Shown here one piece after another: positions 1 through 9,316 of a stretch of 49,305 bases of DNA. Under the pieces are notes generated by a model. It was not told the origin of the DNA, searched no databases, and saw nothing but the letters and a program-made list of their open reading frames with translations. How positions within the stretch are numbered: the stretch's first letter is position 1; each line of letters begins with the position of its first letter. The stretch comes from a virus. Lineage: Duplodnaviria > Caudoviricetes. The translations under genes were made by a program, and so were the position numbers. The DNA lies in the IMG/VR virus record IMGVR_UViG_3300033067_000179, positions 1 through 49,305 of that record, one strand, 5' to 3'.

Positions 1-119
1 TCCTCCGAAGCATTGGGTTGAGCATAAAGCAGCTTAAGGTCGATCATTATGGCCGCTGACTTTATGGAACTGTTGATTTGGGTTTTTATCGGAATGTACT
101 TGCTTTTTGGATTTACAAA

Positions 120-281
120 ATGAAACACCGTCTTTATAAGTACCGAGTTGTTGGACTTAAGGATGGTAAAGTATGTGGATTTGATTTGACGTGGTTCTGT
201 GCGTCTGGTGCGACAAAAATGGCAGAAGTAGTTTGTCGTGCTCGTGGAATTAAATTCTTTACAGTAATGCCCCCTGCGTAA
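120..281 (+). CDS. small hypothetical early protein (53 aa)
   Basis: ATG at 120 within ORF 78..281; ends 6 nt before tRNA-Leu. Confidence 0.4.
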   Translation: MKHRLYKYRVVGLKDGKVCGFDLTWFCASGATKMAEVVCRARGIKFFTVMPPA

Positions 282-287
282 TTGAAT

Positions 288-372
288 CCCCGAGTGGTGA
301 AATTGGTAGACACAACGGACTTAAAATCCGTCGGTTACGGCCATGCCGGTTCGAGTCCGGCCTCGGGGACCA
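288..372 (+). tRNA. trnL: tRNA-Leu(UAA)
   Basis: acceptor CCCCGAG/CTCGGGG, A discriminator plus CCA, anticodon arm ACGGA-CT-TAA-AA-TCCGT, long variable arm, GGTTCGAGTCC T-arm. Confidence 0.96.
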
Positions 373-398
373 TTATATTTGTTTAGGTCGATCACAAA

Positions 399-475
399 CT
401 GCCCGTAGCTCAGTTGGATAGAGCACGAGCCTTCTAAGTTCGGGGTCGGGGGTTCGATTCCCTCCGGGCAGACCA
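399..475 (+). tRNA. trnR: tRNA-Arg(UCU)
   Basis: acceptor CTGCCCG/CGGGCAG plus ACCA, D-arm TAGCTCAGTTGGATAGAGC, anticodon arm CGAGC-CT-TCT-AA-GTTCG, GGTTCGATTCC. Confidence 0.96.
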
Positions 476-499
476 TCTAAACTAAACCGAAAGGCCAAT

Positions 500-793
500 A
501 TGAGTGCAGAGACGAAACGTTCGGATACAACTCCGGAACGCTATGTTCATATCGAATTCAAGGATCACCCCCGATTCCATCATGGCACCCTCTTCGCTCG
601 CCAAATTCCCAATGGCGACTGGCAGTATTCTGTATCTCTTTGCGTTCATGGCGATCAATTCAACCGTGAGGTTGGCCGCAAGGTCGCTCGCCGTAAGTAT
701 TTCAACGGTAAACGCTTCCCTTTCCGCATGGATAACCCGAAAAATTTCTATAATTGCGCGGAGCATTACCTTGCCTCGCACGCTGATGCCTGA
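500..793 (+). CDS. hypothetical protein (97 aa)
   Basis: ATG with AAGG upstream; stop overlaps start of next gene. Confidence 0.7.
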   Translation: MSAETKRSDTTPERYVHIEFKDHPRFHHGTLFARQIPNGDWQYSVSLCVHGDQFNREVGRKVARRKYFNGKRFPFRMDNPKNFYNCAEHYLASHADA

Positions 794-1166
794 AGAGGCA
801 GGTAAACATCCGGTATTTGTCTATGGTTCCCTGAAGAGAGGGTTCCATAACCATGATTGCCTTAGAGGTGCTGATTACATTGGTGTAGATTGCCTTCTTA
901 ATTTCCTTATGATCTCACTTGGGTCTTACCCGGGGATTATTCCGGCTCCTCAAAGTGGATTGATTGTATACGGTGAATTGTATGTCGTTGATGATGCTAC
1001 GTTTAAGAGGTTGGATAGGTTAGAGGGATACCCTAACCTGTATACCCGGGAATTCGTAACCCTTGGTAGTGGCCGTAAGGGTTGGGTATACATTTGGAAT
1101 GGGGATCATGATAATCAACTTGTCGTCGAAACTGGACAATGGAGCCAGAAGCATGTCTACTGCTAG
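786..1166 (+). CDS. gamma-glutamylcyclotransferase (AIG2/YtfP-like)
   Basis: VFVYGSLKRG, YPG, GELY, LDRLEGYP..Y.R motifs; true start likely ATG 786 within ORF 504..1166. Confidence 0.92.
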   Translation: MPEEAGKHPVFVYGSLKRGFHNHDCLRGADYIGVDCLLNFLMISLGSYPGIIPAPQSGLIVYGELYVVDDATFKRLDRLEGYPNLYTREFVTLGSGRKGWVYIWNGDHDNQLVVETGQWSQKHVYC

Positions 1167-1398
1167 GGACAACCTCGTCTTTTCGTGTGTATTTCAGACG
1201 GTCGATCATCAGCTTGGAATCCAGTTCGCTGGCCCTAAGCGCGGTGAAACGGTTACGGTATTTGGTATCAATGACGAAACGAATCAATTTCGTGTGTCGG
1301 GTAGCATGGATAAAGTTCCGCACCATGTCCGAGTTGAGGCTGAGCAGAAGTATGCGGCCATGACTAAGGGGGGCGTATTTACACGATTCCCATCTTAA
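1153..1398 (+). CDS. hypothetical protein (81 aa)
   Basis: ATG 1153 preceded by GGAG; overlaps GGCT stop. Confidence 0.6.
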   Translation: MSTARDNLVFSCVFQTVDHQLGIQFAGPKRGETVTVFGINDETNQFRVSGSMDKVPHHVRVEAEQKYAAMTKGGVFTRFPS

Positions 1399-1460
1399 CT
1401 ATTGTTTTTTATTTCCTTATTGGTTTTGTTTGTGTTTTTACTCTTAAATGGATTCATACT

Positions 1461-1646
1461 TTGGATGCGGTTCAAACATGGATAACTTTGTTTTTCTGGC
1501 CTATTGTTACTTCGGTTTATATTGCTTGTTTTATAATGGTTCATTTGGATGATGGGATAAACGACCTCGTTTATTTGCTCAAGAAAAAACTTAAGGAACG
1601 AAAATTGAAAAAGCAAAAACCAACCGAAGAAAACGACGATGAATAA
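1461..1646 (+). CDS. small membrane protein
   Basis: one hydrophobic segment then Lys-rich tail; start uncertain. Confidence 0.45.
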   Translation: MDAVQTWITLFFWPIVTSVYIACFIMVHLDDGINDLVYLLKKKLKERKLKKQKPTEENDDE

Positions 1647-1837
1647 AGCATTCAAAGCTCTCATGGTAGCGGCTGGTGGTGGCGGTGCAAGCAGCGATTT
1701 TTAAGGGCACAATTCAAGATCTACTCGAACAAGAACAAGAACAACCAAAAGAGTTTGCAGATTCCCTTTTCTTCGGATGCAGTCCCGAAGTTTCGGATTT
1801 GCTCCATCACCTGTTGTTTGATGCCAAAGGCGGATGA
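1639..1837 (+). pseudogene. small gene apparently interrupted by a single extra base (frameshift or assembly error)
   Basis: MNKAFKALMVA in one frame continues as LVVAVQAAIFKGTIQDLL...DAKGG* in the +1 frame; both ends overlap neighbouring genes. Confidence 0.45.
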
Positions 1838-2130
1838 TGCAGAAGCTTTTAGCGGGTGAAGTAAGTTCTCAATTGGAATTTAAAAAGGACCCTAAGCCTC
1901 GAGGGGATCCCTTGTTTGAGGAAAGGAAACCGTTTTACCACAAAACTTTTGGAAATTTTCTCTTTAATCTCGGAGATAAAGTCGTTCTTAGGGATGATAA
2001 AGAGGCTGGAACTTTCCGAGTTCTTGATCATTGGATTCTCAACGAGACATATATGTATCTAATCATGCCAATGTCAGATAACTTTAATGGCCGTCTTCGG
2101 ACGGCAGAAACTAATCTGGTGAGCGCTTAA
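1834..2130 (+). CDS. hypothetical protein, possible SH3-like barrel (FNLGDKVVL)
   Basis: ORF with ATGA overlap upstream and TAATG overlap downstream. Confidence 0.65.
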   Translation: MMQKLLAGEVSSQLEFKKDPKPRGDPLFEERKPFYHKTFGNFLFNLGDKVVLRDDKEAGTFRVLDHWILNETYMYLIMPMSDNFNGRLRTAETNLVSA

Positions 2131-2891
2131 TGGACTATCGAGGGGAGTTTCTGCAAGAAGCTAGATGGTGTTGGACAGATGATTTTGTAATTCCTAATGT
2201 GCCACCGGGCCATGCTTGCTTTGCATATTCCCAAAAAGGTAAACGGGACCACCATAAATACTTTTGGTTTTTCCTTAATCATACTGTTGTTGGAAACAAT
2301 AACTACCCGATTTTGAGTAGTTACTTCAAGGATGTTCTGCGTCTCTTCCCGAAAGCTTGTATGGTTGTTCCGGGGATTGATAAATACCTTATCTTTGTTC
2401 TTAATTTTGAGAATTACGTATGGCATCCGACCGAATTTCTTGCCTGCTTGACCCTGTTACGGAATGCTGGTGAGTATCCGAGGGATGTTCTTGGGTACAC
2501 TACCTTCCGTCAATGGGGGTGTACTATTTCACAGGCTGTTTTCCTTAGTCAGTTTTACCATCCAGATACCATGAAAGATTGGACTCTGAATGGTCAAAAA
2601 TTACAAGGTCTGTACCGGCCATTCGCTGGGCACTCCTTTGCTGTCTCGGGGACCCCTACTACTCTGGTTGGTTATTCAATTCCCGATATTACTAAGACTA
2701 TTCGAGCAAAAGAAGGTTTCAAATTTACTGGTAGGTGGGATGTTCAACGAACGTATGGTTCCTATAAATTGGACGAAATGAAAAGACCAGAGTATTTTAT
2801 TAGTGAAGCAGAAGTAAAGAAACTTATTGCTGAGGCACCTGTCGAAAAACCTAAAGCGAGGAAACGAAATGCCGGCGATTACGTGCTTTAG
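2130..2891 (+). CDS. hypothetical protein (253 aa) leading the amidoligase cluster
   Basis: long ORF coupled to neighbours; no motif recognised. Confidence 0.8.
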   Translation: MDYRGEFLQEARWCWTDDFVIPNVPPGHACFAYSQKGKRDHHKYFWFFLNHTVVGNNNYPILSSYFKDVLRLFPKACMVVPGIDKYLIFVLNFENYVWHPTEFLACLTLLRNAGEYPRDVLGYTTFRQWGCTISQAVFLSQFYHPDTMKDWTLNGQKLQGLYRPFAGHSFAVSGTPTTLVGYSIPDITKTIRAKEGFKFTGRWDVQRTYGSYKLDEMKRPEYFISEAEVKKLIAEAPVEKPKARKRNAGDYVL

Positions 2892-3534
2892 CATGGGTGA
2901 GGGGACGTTCTATCCCTTCACGATGTTGGGATGTAAAGATAAGTTCATTGTGAACAGTCTCGAGGTACTTAAGATTGCTAAGGCTCGGCCAAGCTTAGTG
3001 ATTTTTTGGGGTGGTCAGGATATCCATCCCAGTTTGTACCAAGAAAAGCATTCTGTTTACAGTGGCGCTACTTCCGAGCTGGTTGGGCGTGATGTGTTTG
3101 AGCGGGATGCGTATGCGTTTTGCCTCGAGCACGGCCTGCCGGTAGTGGGCATTTGCCGTGGTGCCCAACTAATGACGGCTCTTAATGGGGGTAAGCTTAT
3201 TCAGCACGTAAATGGTCACGGTGGCGACCATCCCGTGCGAACGATCGATGGGCAGGAATTTAAAGTAACCAGTACGCACCATCAAATGATGCTTCCGAAA
3301 GGGGAGTTTGAATTGGTGGCGTGGTCTAAAGAAAAACGTTCTGATGTTTACATGGGAGCTGGGGTTAAAGAGATTGAGGAATGCCATGCAGACGACTTTA
3401 AGGAACCAGAGATTGTTTTTTTCCCGAAGACCCGCACCCTCGCAATTCAAGGTCATCCGGAATACCTGAGTGAGAAGTCTCCCTTTGTCCAGTACACCCT
3501 CAAACTGATTCAGGAGAAGCTGCATGTCGGCTAA
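2869..3534 (+). CDS. class I glutamine amidotransferase / gamma-glutamyl hydrolase (peptidase C26, PuuD-like)
   Basis: GGQDIHPSLY, RD..E, GICRGAQ nucleophile elbow, STHHQ, QGHPE triad. Confidence 0.93.
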   Translation: MPAITCFSMGEGTFYPFTMLGCKDKFIVNSLEVLKIAKARPSLVIFWGGQDIHPSLYQEKHSVYSGATSELVGRDVFERDAYAFCLEHGLPVVGICRGAQLMTALNGGKLIQHVNGHGGDHPVRTIDGQEFKVTSTHHQMMLPKGEFELVAWSKEKRSDVYMGAGVKEIEECHADDFKEPEIVFFPKTRTLAIQGHPEYLSEKSPFVQYTLKLIQEKLHVG

Positions 3535-4297
3535 GCTGACCCTTGGTTGTGATCCGGAAGTTTTCTTTGTTAAGGGCGACAAGCCTTTTTCCTGTGCGGA
3601 GAAGCTGCCCGGGAATAAGAAATCGCCTTACTGGTGGAAGGAGGGGTTTGCGATTCAGTGGGATAACGTGACGTGCGAATTTAACGTCCCTCCCACGCAA
3701 ACGAAGCCTGCTTTCCAGAAAGTTATCCGTGATTCTCTGAAGTATATTCGAGAAGAATGGGCATCGAAATTTGGATGCGGGGTGGATATCTCTGCGTCTA
3801 AGATTTTCCCTAAATCAGAACTGAATTGTAAGGGAGCAATCGAATTCGGGTGTGACCCGGACTTTAATATCTGGACCTTACGCCAGAATCCCCGTCCTGC
3901 TGCTCGGAACAAAGGACTTCGTTCCGCTGGTGGGCATATTGGCTTTGGCGTTGGTAATGAGGTCGATCATATCTGGATTATTCGGTGGGCGGATCTGCTG
4001 ATCGGTGTTCCTTCGGTTATCCTTGATGGCGATGTTCGCCGTCGGGAATTGTATGGGAAGGCCGGTGCTTTCCGACGCACTCCGTGGGGCATGGAATACC
4101 GTACCCCCTCGAATTTCTGGATTAAAGATGATGCTTCGGTTGGTTGGGTCTATGACACGGCACACCGTGTTTACGATGAAGTGGCAAATAAGCGGATTAT
4201 TCCTATCGAAGATGCGCGGAAGATTGTGGAATGTATCAATAAATCCGATATGGAACTTGCCCGTGAACTGACGAAGAAATACAACCTTCTCTACTAA
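3524..4297 (+). CDS. phiEco32-like COOH-NH2 ligase type 2
   Basis: LGCDPEVF, DNV..EFN, FGCDPDFN, RSAGGHI, RRELYGKAG.FR...G.EYRT.SNFW. Confidence 0.92.
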   Translation: MSAKLTLGCDPEVFFVKGDKPFSCAEKLPGNKKSPYWWKEGFAIQWDNVTCEFNVPPTQTKPAFQKVIRDSLKYIREEWASKFGCGVDISASKIFPKSELNCKGAIEFGCDPDFNIWTLRQNPRPAARNKGLRSAGGHIGFGVGNEVDHIWIIRWADLLIGVPSVILDGDVRRRELYGKAGAFRRTPWGMEYRTPSNFWIKDDASVGWVYDTAHRVYDEVANKRIIPIEDARKIVECINKSDMELARELTKKYNLLY

Positions 4298-4953
4298 TGC
4301 CTGCTGAATCGAAAGAGGATTTCCTCCGTAAATACGGGGGGTGTTATGCAACTGTTAAAGAGACAGGAGAGATTATTTATATCGCAATGGCTGATGAGCA
4401 GATGGGTGGCGCGCAGGCACTTTCCATCGTAACTCCAGATCATGGTGAGGTTAACATCAAGTATTCTGATGATGCTATTGCTAAATTTAATTTGGATTTC
4501 CCGGCTACCGGGTTTTTCCAACACGGTAAGTGGGCGTACTTTCTTGTACGTGGGTATCAACGTCAGTTTGTAAGGGGGCTTTCCAATAACACGGCATCTA
4601 TTTTGAATCCCCTCTCGTATTTTGGACGTATGATTAAAGTTCCCCAAGCTCCGAAAATTACGTTTGAAACTGCGGCTTCGATTCATAACCGCGCTCGTAA
4701 TCGAGTTAGTATTTCAGAGGGTATTACTCAGTTAGTTGAGGAAAAGAAGAACTCTGTTCGGTTAGCTAAGAGTTGGGCATTAAGCCTCTCACATGCCTCT
4801 AATGGGTATATTCTCTGGAATGAGGTCTCTCCTGTCGCTGAGGTTTTTCCAGACGACAAGAAAATTGTTATGGTGGATACTGTGTTCCAGCAAGAAACCG
4901 AAGACTACCTTAATCGAACGGGAGATAAGAAATGGCAAATCAAGACCCGGTAG
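4297..4953 (+). CDS. hypothetical protein (218 aa) within amidoligase cluster
   Basis: TAATG coupling; no motif recognised. Confidence 0.8.
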   Translation: MPAESKEDFLRKYGGCYATVKETGEIIYIAMADEQMGGAQALSIVTPDHGEVNIKYSDDAIAKFNLDFPATGFFQHGKWAYFLVRGYQRQFVRGLSNNTASILNPLSYFGRMIKVPQAPKITFETAASIHNRARNRVSISEGITQLVEEKKNSVRLAKSWALSLSHASNGYILWNEVSPVAEVFPDDKKIVMVDTVFQQETEDYLNRTGDKKWQIKTR

Positions 4954-6371
4954 ATAAAAACAAGAAGGAGACAATCCTCCAGCTATACACGGATATTGGT
5001 AAATTAGGGAGGCATCGTGTTAAGACGTGGAAAAATACGATTACCCTTGATCGAGGGCAACTCCGTGTTCTTTATCCGGATATCATTTATGGTATTGAAT
5101 TTGAGGTTGAGAATATCCGAGAGCTTCGTCCCGCTGAGACGTGGCAGCATATTTTCACTATTGATAAAGATGGTTCGTTGCGAAATGGTGGAGTTGAGAT
5201 AAAATTGTGCTCGAAAGGAGAGCATCTTGAGACGGCGCTCCATTTTTACGACAGAAATCTACCCAAGGAAGCTGATTTCTCCTTCAGGACTTCGATTCAC
5301 GTACACGTAGATGTGCGGGATCTTACTCCTGAACAAGCTTGGAATATGATTGCCCTATCGATGTTGTATGAACGGACCTTTTACCGTCTTGCCGGCCTCG
5401 AGCGCAAGGCCACCGCGTTCTGTGTCCCCGCCGGGGGGACCGCACTACCGGCGGTCATCCGCAGTCACGCTGCGAATGCACTTGAAAAGGAAGACTATAA
5501 GAATCAATTAGAAATGTGTCGTAGGAATTGGTCTAAATACTTAGGTACGAACATCCTCACAATGCACGACTTTGGAACATTTGAGTATCGTCAAATGCGT
5601 GGGCATCGTGATATGGGACTCCTTGTTAACTGGTTAAATCTGTTGGGTGCCCTAAAACAACGGACGAAACAGCAGCCATTTAAGAAACTAATCTCCGCGA
5701 TTCGCGAATTGAATACGAATTCTCACTATTTGGAATTTACTCGAGAGACTTTCCCGGGACATTCTAATATCTTGACGAGGGATGAGCACTTTATTCAAGA
5801 TATGGAACAAGGAGTTATCTTCTGTAAGCACGCCTTTTCTCCAGTCACTAAGGTATTGGAGTTCTTGAGGAGTGTTAAGGAGGACTCCTCTTACTATCGT
5901 ACCTTTCCATCAGACATCATCCACGACAAGCGGAAAGAAGTCCTTGACTTCGGGCAAGAAGGTGATCCGGAAGCGGGCGGTGGCCTTGCGCGACGACTGG
6001 TAAATCGAGAAGTTAGATTCGACCAGATGGTTATTAATGCCCCTCGGCGTCCGCCGCGTCGAGAAAAGTTAACGGAAGCCGTTTATACGCAAATCATGAA
6101 CGATTCTACAGCGTGGACACGTCATGTAGTTGTAACCGCAGGGGAGAATATACAGCAAGCATGTCTTGATGCATTAAATAAGCAATTAGATAACTTAAGC
6201 GGTCTTTATAATGATTTTGATAGTGGGAATGTTTCTGCTGATTGGAATATTCTTTGGCGGGAGTACAAAGTAATTGTTAATACTGAGTATGTCCGAATTA
6301 CAGAATTAAGAAATCTACTAGAAGATCTTATTCACGCCCGTGAGGTACAACAACTCGGAGACCCTAACTAA
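4932..6371 (+). CDS. putative amidoligase (Amidoligase_2, glutamine-synthetase-like fold) with C-terminal extension
   Basis: GIEFEVE, DGSL...VEI, SIHVHV, KY...N, GTFEYR motifs. Confidence 0.88.
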   Translation: MANQDPVDKNKKETILQLYTDIGKLGRHRVKTWKNTITLDRGQLRVLYPDIIYGIEFEVENIRELRPAETWQHIFTIDKDGSLRNGGVEIKLCSKGEHLETALHFYDRNLPKEADFSFRTSIHVHVDVRDLTPEQAWNMIALSMLYERTFYRLAGLERKATAFCVPAGGTALPAVIRSHAANALEKEDYKNQLEMCRRNWSKYLGTNILTMHDFGTFEYRQMRGHRDMGLLVNWLNLLGALKQRTKQQPFKKLISAIRELNTNSHYLEFTRETFPGHSNILTRDEHFIQDMEQGVIFCKHAFSPVTKVLEFLRSVKEDSSYYRTFPSDIIHDKRKEVLDFGQEGDPEAGGGLARRLVNREVRFDQMVINAPRRPPRREKLTEAVYTQIMNDSTAWTRHVVVTAGENIQQACLDALNKQLDNLSGLYNDFDSGNVSADWNILWREYKVIVNTEYVRITELRNLLEDLIHAREVQQLGDPN

Positions 6372-7861
6372 TGTGCGGCATCGTCGGAATTCTCACTTCA
6401 TATCAGAATGGGTTTTCCCAAAAAGAACTTTCCTTTTTTGAAGAGATGTTGTATGTGGATGCTCTTCGGGGGTTAGATTCTACGGGAGCATTCACGGTTA
6501 AGAATTCTGGAAATTTCCAGTGGGCAAAGGGAGCTGTATCTCCGTCAGCATTCCTAAGAAATAATGAGTGGAATATTCTGAAAGCCGCTGCTATGGGTAC
6601 TGGTACATTTATTTTCGGGCACAATCGTAAGGCTACGGAAGGGTCGATCAACAATAAGAACGCCCACCCGTTTGTCGAGAACGACACCATCCTGATTCAT
6701 AACGGTTCTTTGCAGAACTGGAGATCTCTGATGCGTGTTGAGAAACGTGATAAGCTGGGAATTGAGGTTGATTCCCACCTTGTTACTTACCTGTTTGCTC
6801 ATGAGAATTACGTAGATGTCCTTAAAGAAATTGAGGGCGCCTATGTCTTTGTGTGGTATAATGCCAAGGAAAAGATGCTTCGTATTGCTAAAAATATTGA
6901 TCGGCCGTTCCATTTTGGACATGAAGAAAAGTCCGGCGCAATCGTCTTTTCCTCTGAACAGGGGATCATGCGTATGGTTCTTAATCGACGCCATGACTGT
7001 GAAATTAAGAAAGTTGATGCCCTTAAAGAAGGTTTTGTTTACGGATATGAACTTCAGAAGAATGGTAAACCAAAGATGATTGAGGAGACCCCCATCGTAA
7101 AAAAGTCCCTCGCGGGAAGCGCAAGTGAATGGTACAAGAAGCGCTATCTCGCGGAAGACTCTAAAGGTGTTGCTCTTCCGCAACTAGAAGAAGTAAAGCC
7201 GGTAACTCCCAATACACCGGCTATTGTTCATACTCCCGCACAGACCACACCTGCCAATCCCGGGGGGAATAGAGTACTTAAACTTGCTAAAGTTGTTGGT
7301 GAAATTGGAACCATGAGTTCTCTGCCTAATAATCATCAATATATTCCTGAGCAATACCGACACAATATTTACTATGGTAATCGAGATCTTGCGGACTACT
7401 CTATTCGTCCGTATGAACGCTGCTTATTTATGATTGATGATTACCAAGCTGTTGCTGGATCTAACAATCATTGGACGTTCCAAGGTGTGCTTGTGGCGCA
7501 TCCGGAGAAACTGGTCCGTGGTTTCTACAATGGCGAAGAAGCTGATTTGATTAAAATGTCTGGTGATGCTGTTGTTGGATATCTGCAACGTGCTACCCTT
7601 GTTGGTGGTGAGGGCGTTAAACCGCATTGGGTTCTTTCCGTCCGGCATCCCGTACCTGCACAGATTGTGGAAGTTGCTGATGGGGAATTTATGGAGAAGG
7701 AAGACTTTCTCCACAAAGTAAAGGAATGTCGTGGAAATTGTTTCTGTCAAAAGGAGATTAAAAATATGAGAACTACTGAGATTGCTATTCCTGATCCTGA
7801 TCGGGATGGTGATGAAATTTTCTGTAAAGCCTGTGTAGGTCCTGCTGCAAACAAGCAATAA
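6371..7861 (+). CDS. class II (Ntn) glutamine amidotransferase with long C-terminal extension and terminal Cys cluster
   Basis: MCGIVG N-terminus, RG.DSTG, GHNRKAT.G, NAHPF, HNG, VDS. Confidence 0.93.
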   Translation: MCGIVGILTSYQNGFSQKELSFFEEMLYVDALRGLDSTGAFTVKNSGNFQWAKGAVSPSAFLRNNEWNILKAAAMGTGTFIFGHNRKATEGSINNKNAHPFVENDTILIHNGSLQNWRSLMRVEKRDKLGIEVDSHLVTYLFAHENYVDVLKEIEGAYVFVWYNAKEKMLRIAKNIDRPFHFGHEEKSGAIVFSSEQGIMRMVLNRRHDCEIKKVDALKEGFVYGYELQKNGKPKMIEETPIVKKSLAGSASEWYKKRYLAEDSKGVALPQLEEVKPVTPNTPAIVHTPAQTTPANPGGNRVLKLAKVVGEIGTMSSLPNNHQYIPEQYRHNIYYGNRDLADYSIRPYERCLFMIDDYQAVAGSNNHWTFQGVLVAHPEKLVRGFYNGEEADLIKMSGDAVVGYLQRATLVGGEGVKPHWVLSVRHPVPAQIVEVADGEFMEKEDFLHKVKECRGNCFCQKEIKNMRTTEIAIPDPDRDGDEIFCKACVGPAANKQ

Positions 7862-7873
7862 GGAAAAGACACC

Positions 7874-8641
7874 ATGCCTAAACGACTTATCTTCTATCCC
7901 TATAACATGGGATCTGAATCCTGCAAGAAAGTTGCCCAGCAACTCGACGCCACCCGGGTACGTCCCGCAGGAAAGTATAAGTACTTTCAAAATCATCTTG
8001 TTATTAATTGGGGCTGTTCTGGTATCCCGAATTGGTGGACTGCTCGAGTTCGTGTTATCAACCACCCCAATCAAGTAGCGCTCGCTACGAATAAGATCCG
8101 CACCTTTAAGACCTTACAAGAAGCTGGTGTCCAGATTCCGACATGGTTTACAGACGTTAAGTATGTTACTGAGTTCTTTAAGAATAATCCGAAGGCTGTT
8201 ATCATGTGCCGAACGGTACTTGATGGGCATTCTGGGCGGGGTATTGTTGTTGCCCAAAAAATTGAGGACATTACTGCTGCTAAACTGTATACGGTACATT
8301 TGCGCCATGCTGACGAATTCCGTGTTCACGTATGCAACGGAAAGGTCATTGATGCCGTCCAGAAGAGGAAAACTCGGGAGGGTGTTAAGGATGCCTTTAT
8401 TCGTAGTCACGACAATGGTTATGTTTTCTGTCGGGAAAATGTGGTAGTTCCCGAAGATGCAACTAAACAAGCTATTGCTGCTATTAAGGCTCTTGGTCTT
8501 GTTTTTGGTGCCGTTGATATTGCTTACCGCCGGAAAGAACAGAAAGCTTTTGTTCTTGAGGTGAATACTGCTCCGGGCCTCGAAGGACAATCTATCCAGA
8601 AGTATGTAGATGCCTTTAAGGAGATCCAAAATGCGGTGTAA
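7874..8641 (+). CDS. ATP-grasp peptide/amide ligase (RimK-like)
   Basis: INWG, NK..TF..L, GHSGRGI, EFRVHV, GL.FGAVD, LEVNTAPG; AAGGA RBS. Confidence 0.92.
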   Translation: MPKRLIFYPYNMGSESCKKVAQQLDATRVRPAGKYKYFQNHLVINWGCSGIPNWWTARVRVINHPNQVALATNKIRTFKTLQEAGVQIPTWFTDVKYVTEFFKNNPKAVIMCRTVLDGHSGRGIVVAQKIEDITAAKLYTVHLRHADEFRVHVCNGKVIDAVQKRKTREGVKDAFIRSHDNGYVFCRENVVVPEDATKQAIAAIKALGLVFGAVDIAYRRKEQKAFVLEVNTAPGLEGQSIQKYVDAFKEIQNAV

Positions 8642-8825
8642 GGCATGTGATGCGGAATTGCAACCGTGGGATCTTCGTCGAAAATCAGAACGAACGGGAG
8701 AGTATATTGACCTCTGCTCTCCCTGTTTTCGATACATTGCGGATGATGTAGAACTGGCTAATCCTGAAGTAGAGGATCTTTCCGATCTGGATGAAGAGCA
8801 ACAGGAGGAACAGAAATGGCAGTAG
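8631..8825 (+). CDS. small Zn-finger protein with acidic tail
   Basis: MRCKACD...DLCSPC; AAGGAG RBS. Confidence 0.75.
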   Translation: MRCKACDAELQPWDLRRKSERTGEYIDLCSPCFRYIADDVELANPEVEDLSDLDEEQQEEQKWQ

Positions 8826-9055
8826 AGAAAGCTACTGAATGTAATCGGTGTCATTGTGAGATTACCAAGGAAAATATTTGGGAAAAACGAGAGTCTTGTG
8901 AACGTCGTAAATGTACCATGCGCCGCGATGGTGGGTTCTCGGCTGCTTGTGACGTGCTCGAGATTGATCCGGAATCGGTTGTCCCAATTATTGCAGGAGA
9001 GTGTGATTTGTATGAAGAGAAGATTTATTCCTACTATGGTGGGCATTTCAATTGA
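8816..9055 (+). CDS. Cys-rich hypothetical protein
   Basis: GGAGG RBS; several Cys. Confidence 0.6.
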   Translation: MAVEKATECNRCHCEITKENIWEKRESCERRKCTMRRDGGFSAACDVLEIDPESVVPIIAGECDLYEEKIYSYYGGHFN

Positions 9056-9082
9056 ATACACAGATCGAGAAGGAAAAGAACC

Positions 9083-9316
9083 GTGGCTGACCTACACCCC
9101 GAAGTCGAGAAGATGACCGAGGCGGGGCCGACAGCGGAAGAGTGGGAACACTGGGGCGAACACGGAAACTTTGTGCCATTCGCCCGCCGCATCGCCGCGC
9201 TCGCGGTGGAGAAGGAGCGGCAAAGCAATTCCGAGGCAGCGATGAAGGCTAACGGAGCATCATTCGATGACTTGCACATCTGCGGGAACTGCAATGGAAC
9301 CGGATACACCGTCTAG
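9083..9316 (+). CDS. hypothetical protein with C-terminal CxxCxGxG, GC-rich
   Basis: GTG start with AAGGA RBS; CGNCNGTG. Confidence 0.6.
   Translation: MADLHPEVEKMTEAGPTAEEWEHWGEHGNFVPFARRIAALAVEKERQSNSEAAMKANGASFDDLHICGNCNGTGYTV

Noticed and set aside
504-785. N-terminal 94-aa extension of the GGCT ORF
   Set aside because: Overlaps the better supported 500..793 gene; family motif begins after ATG 786
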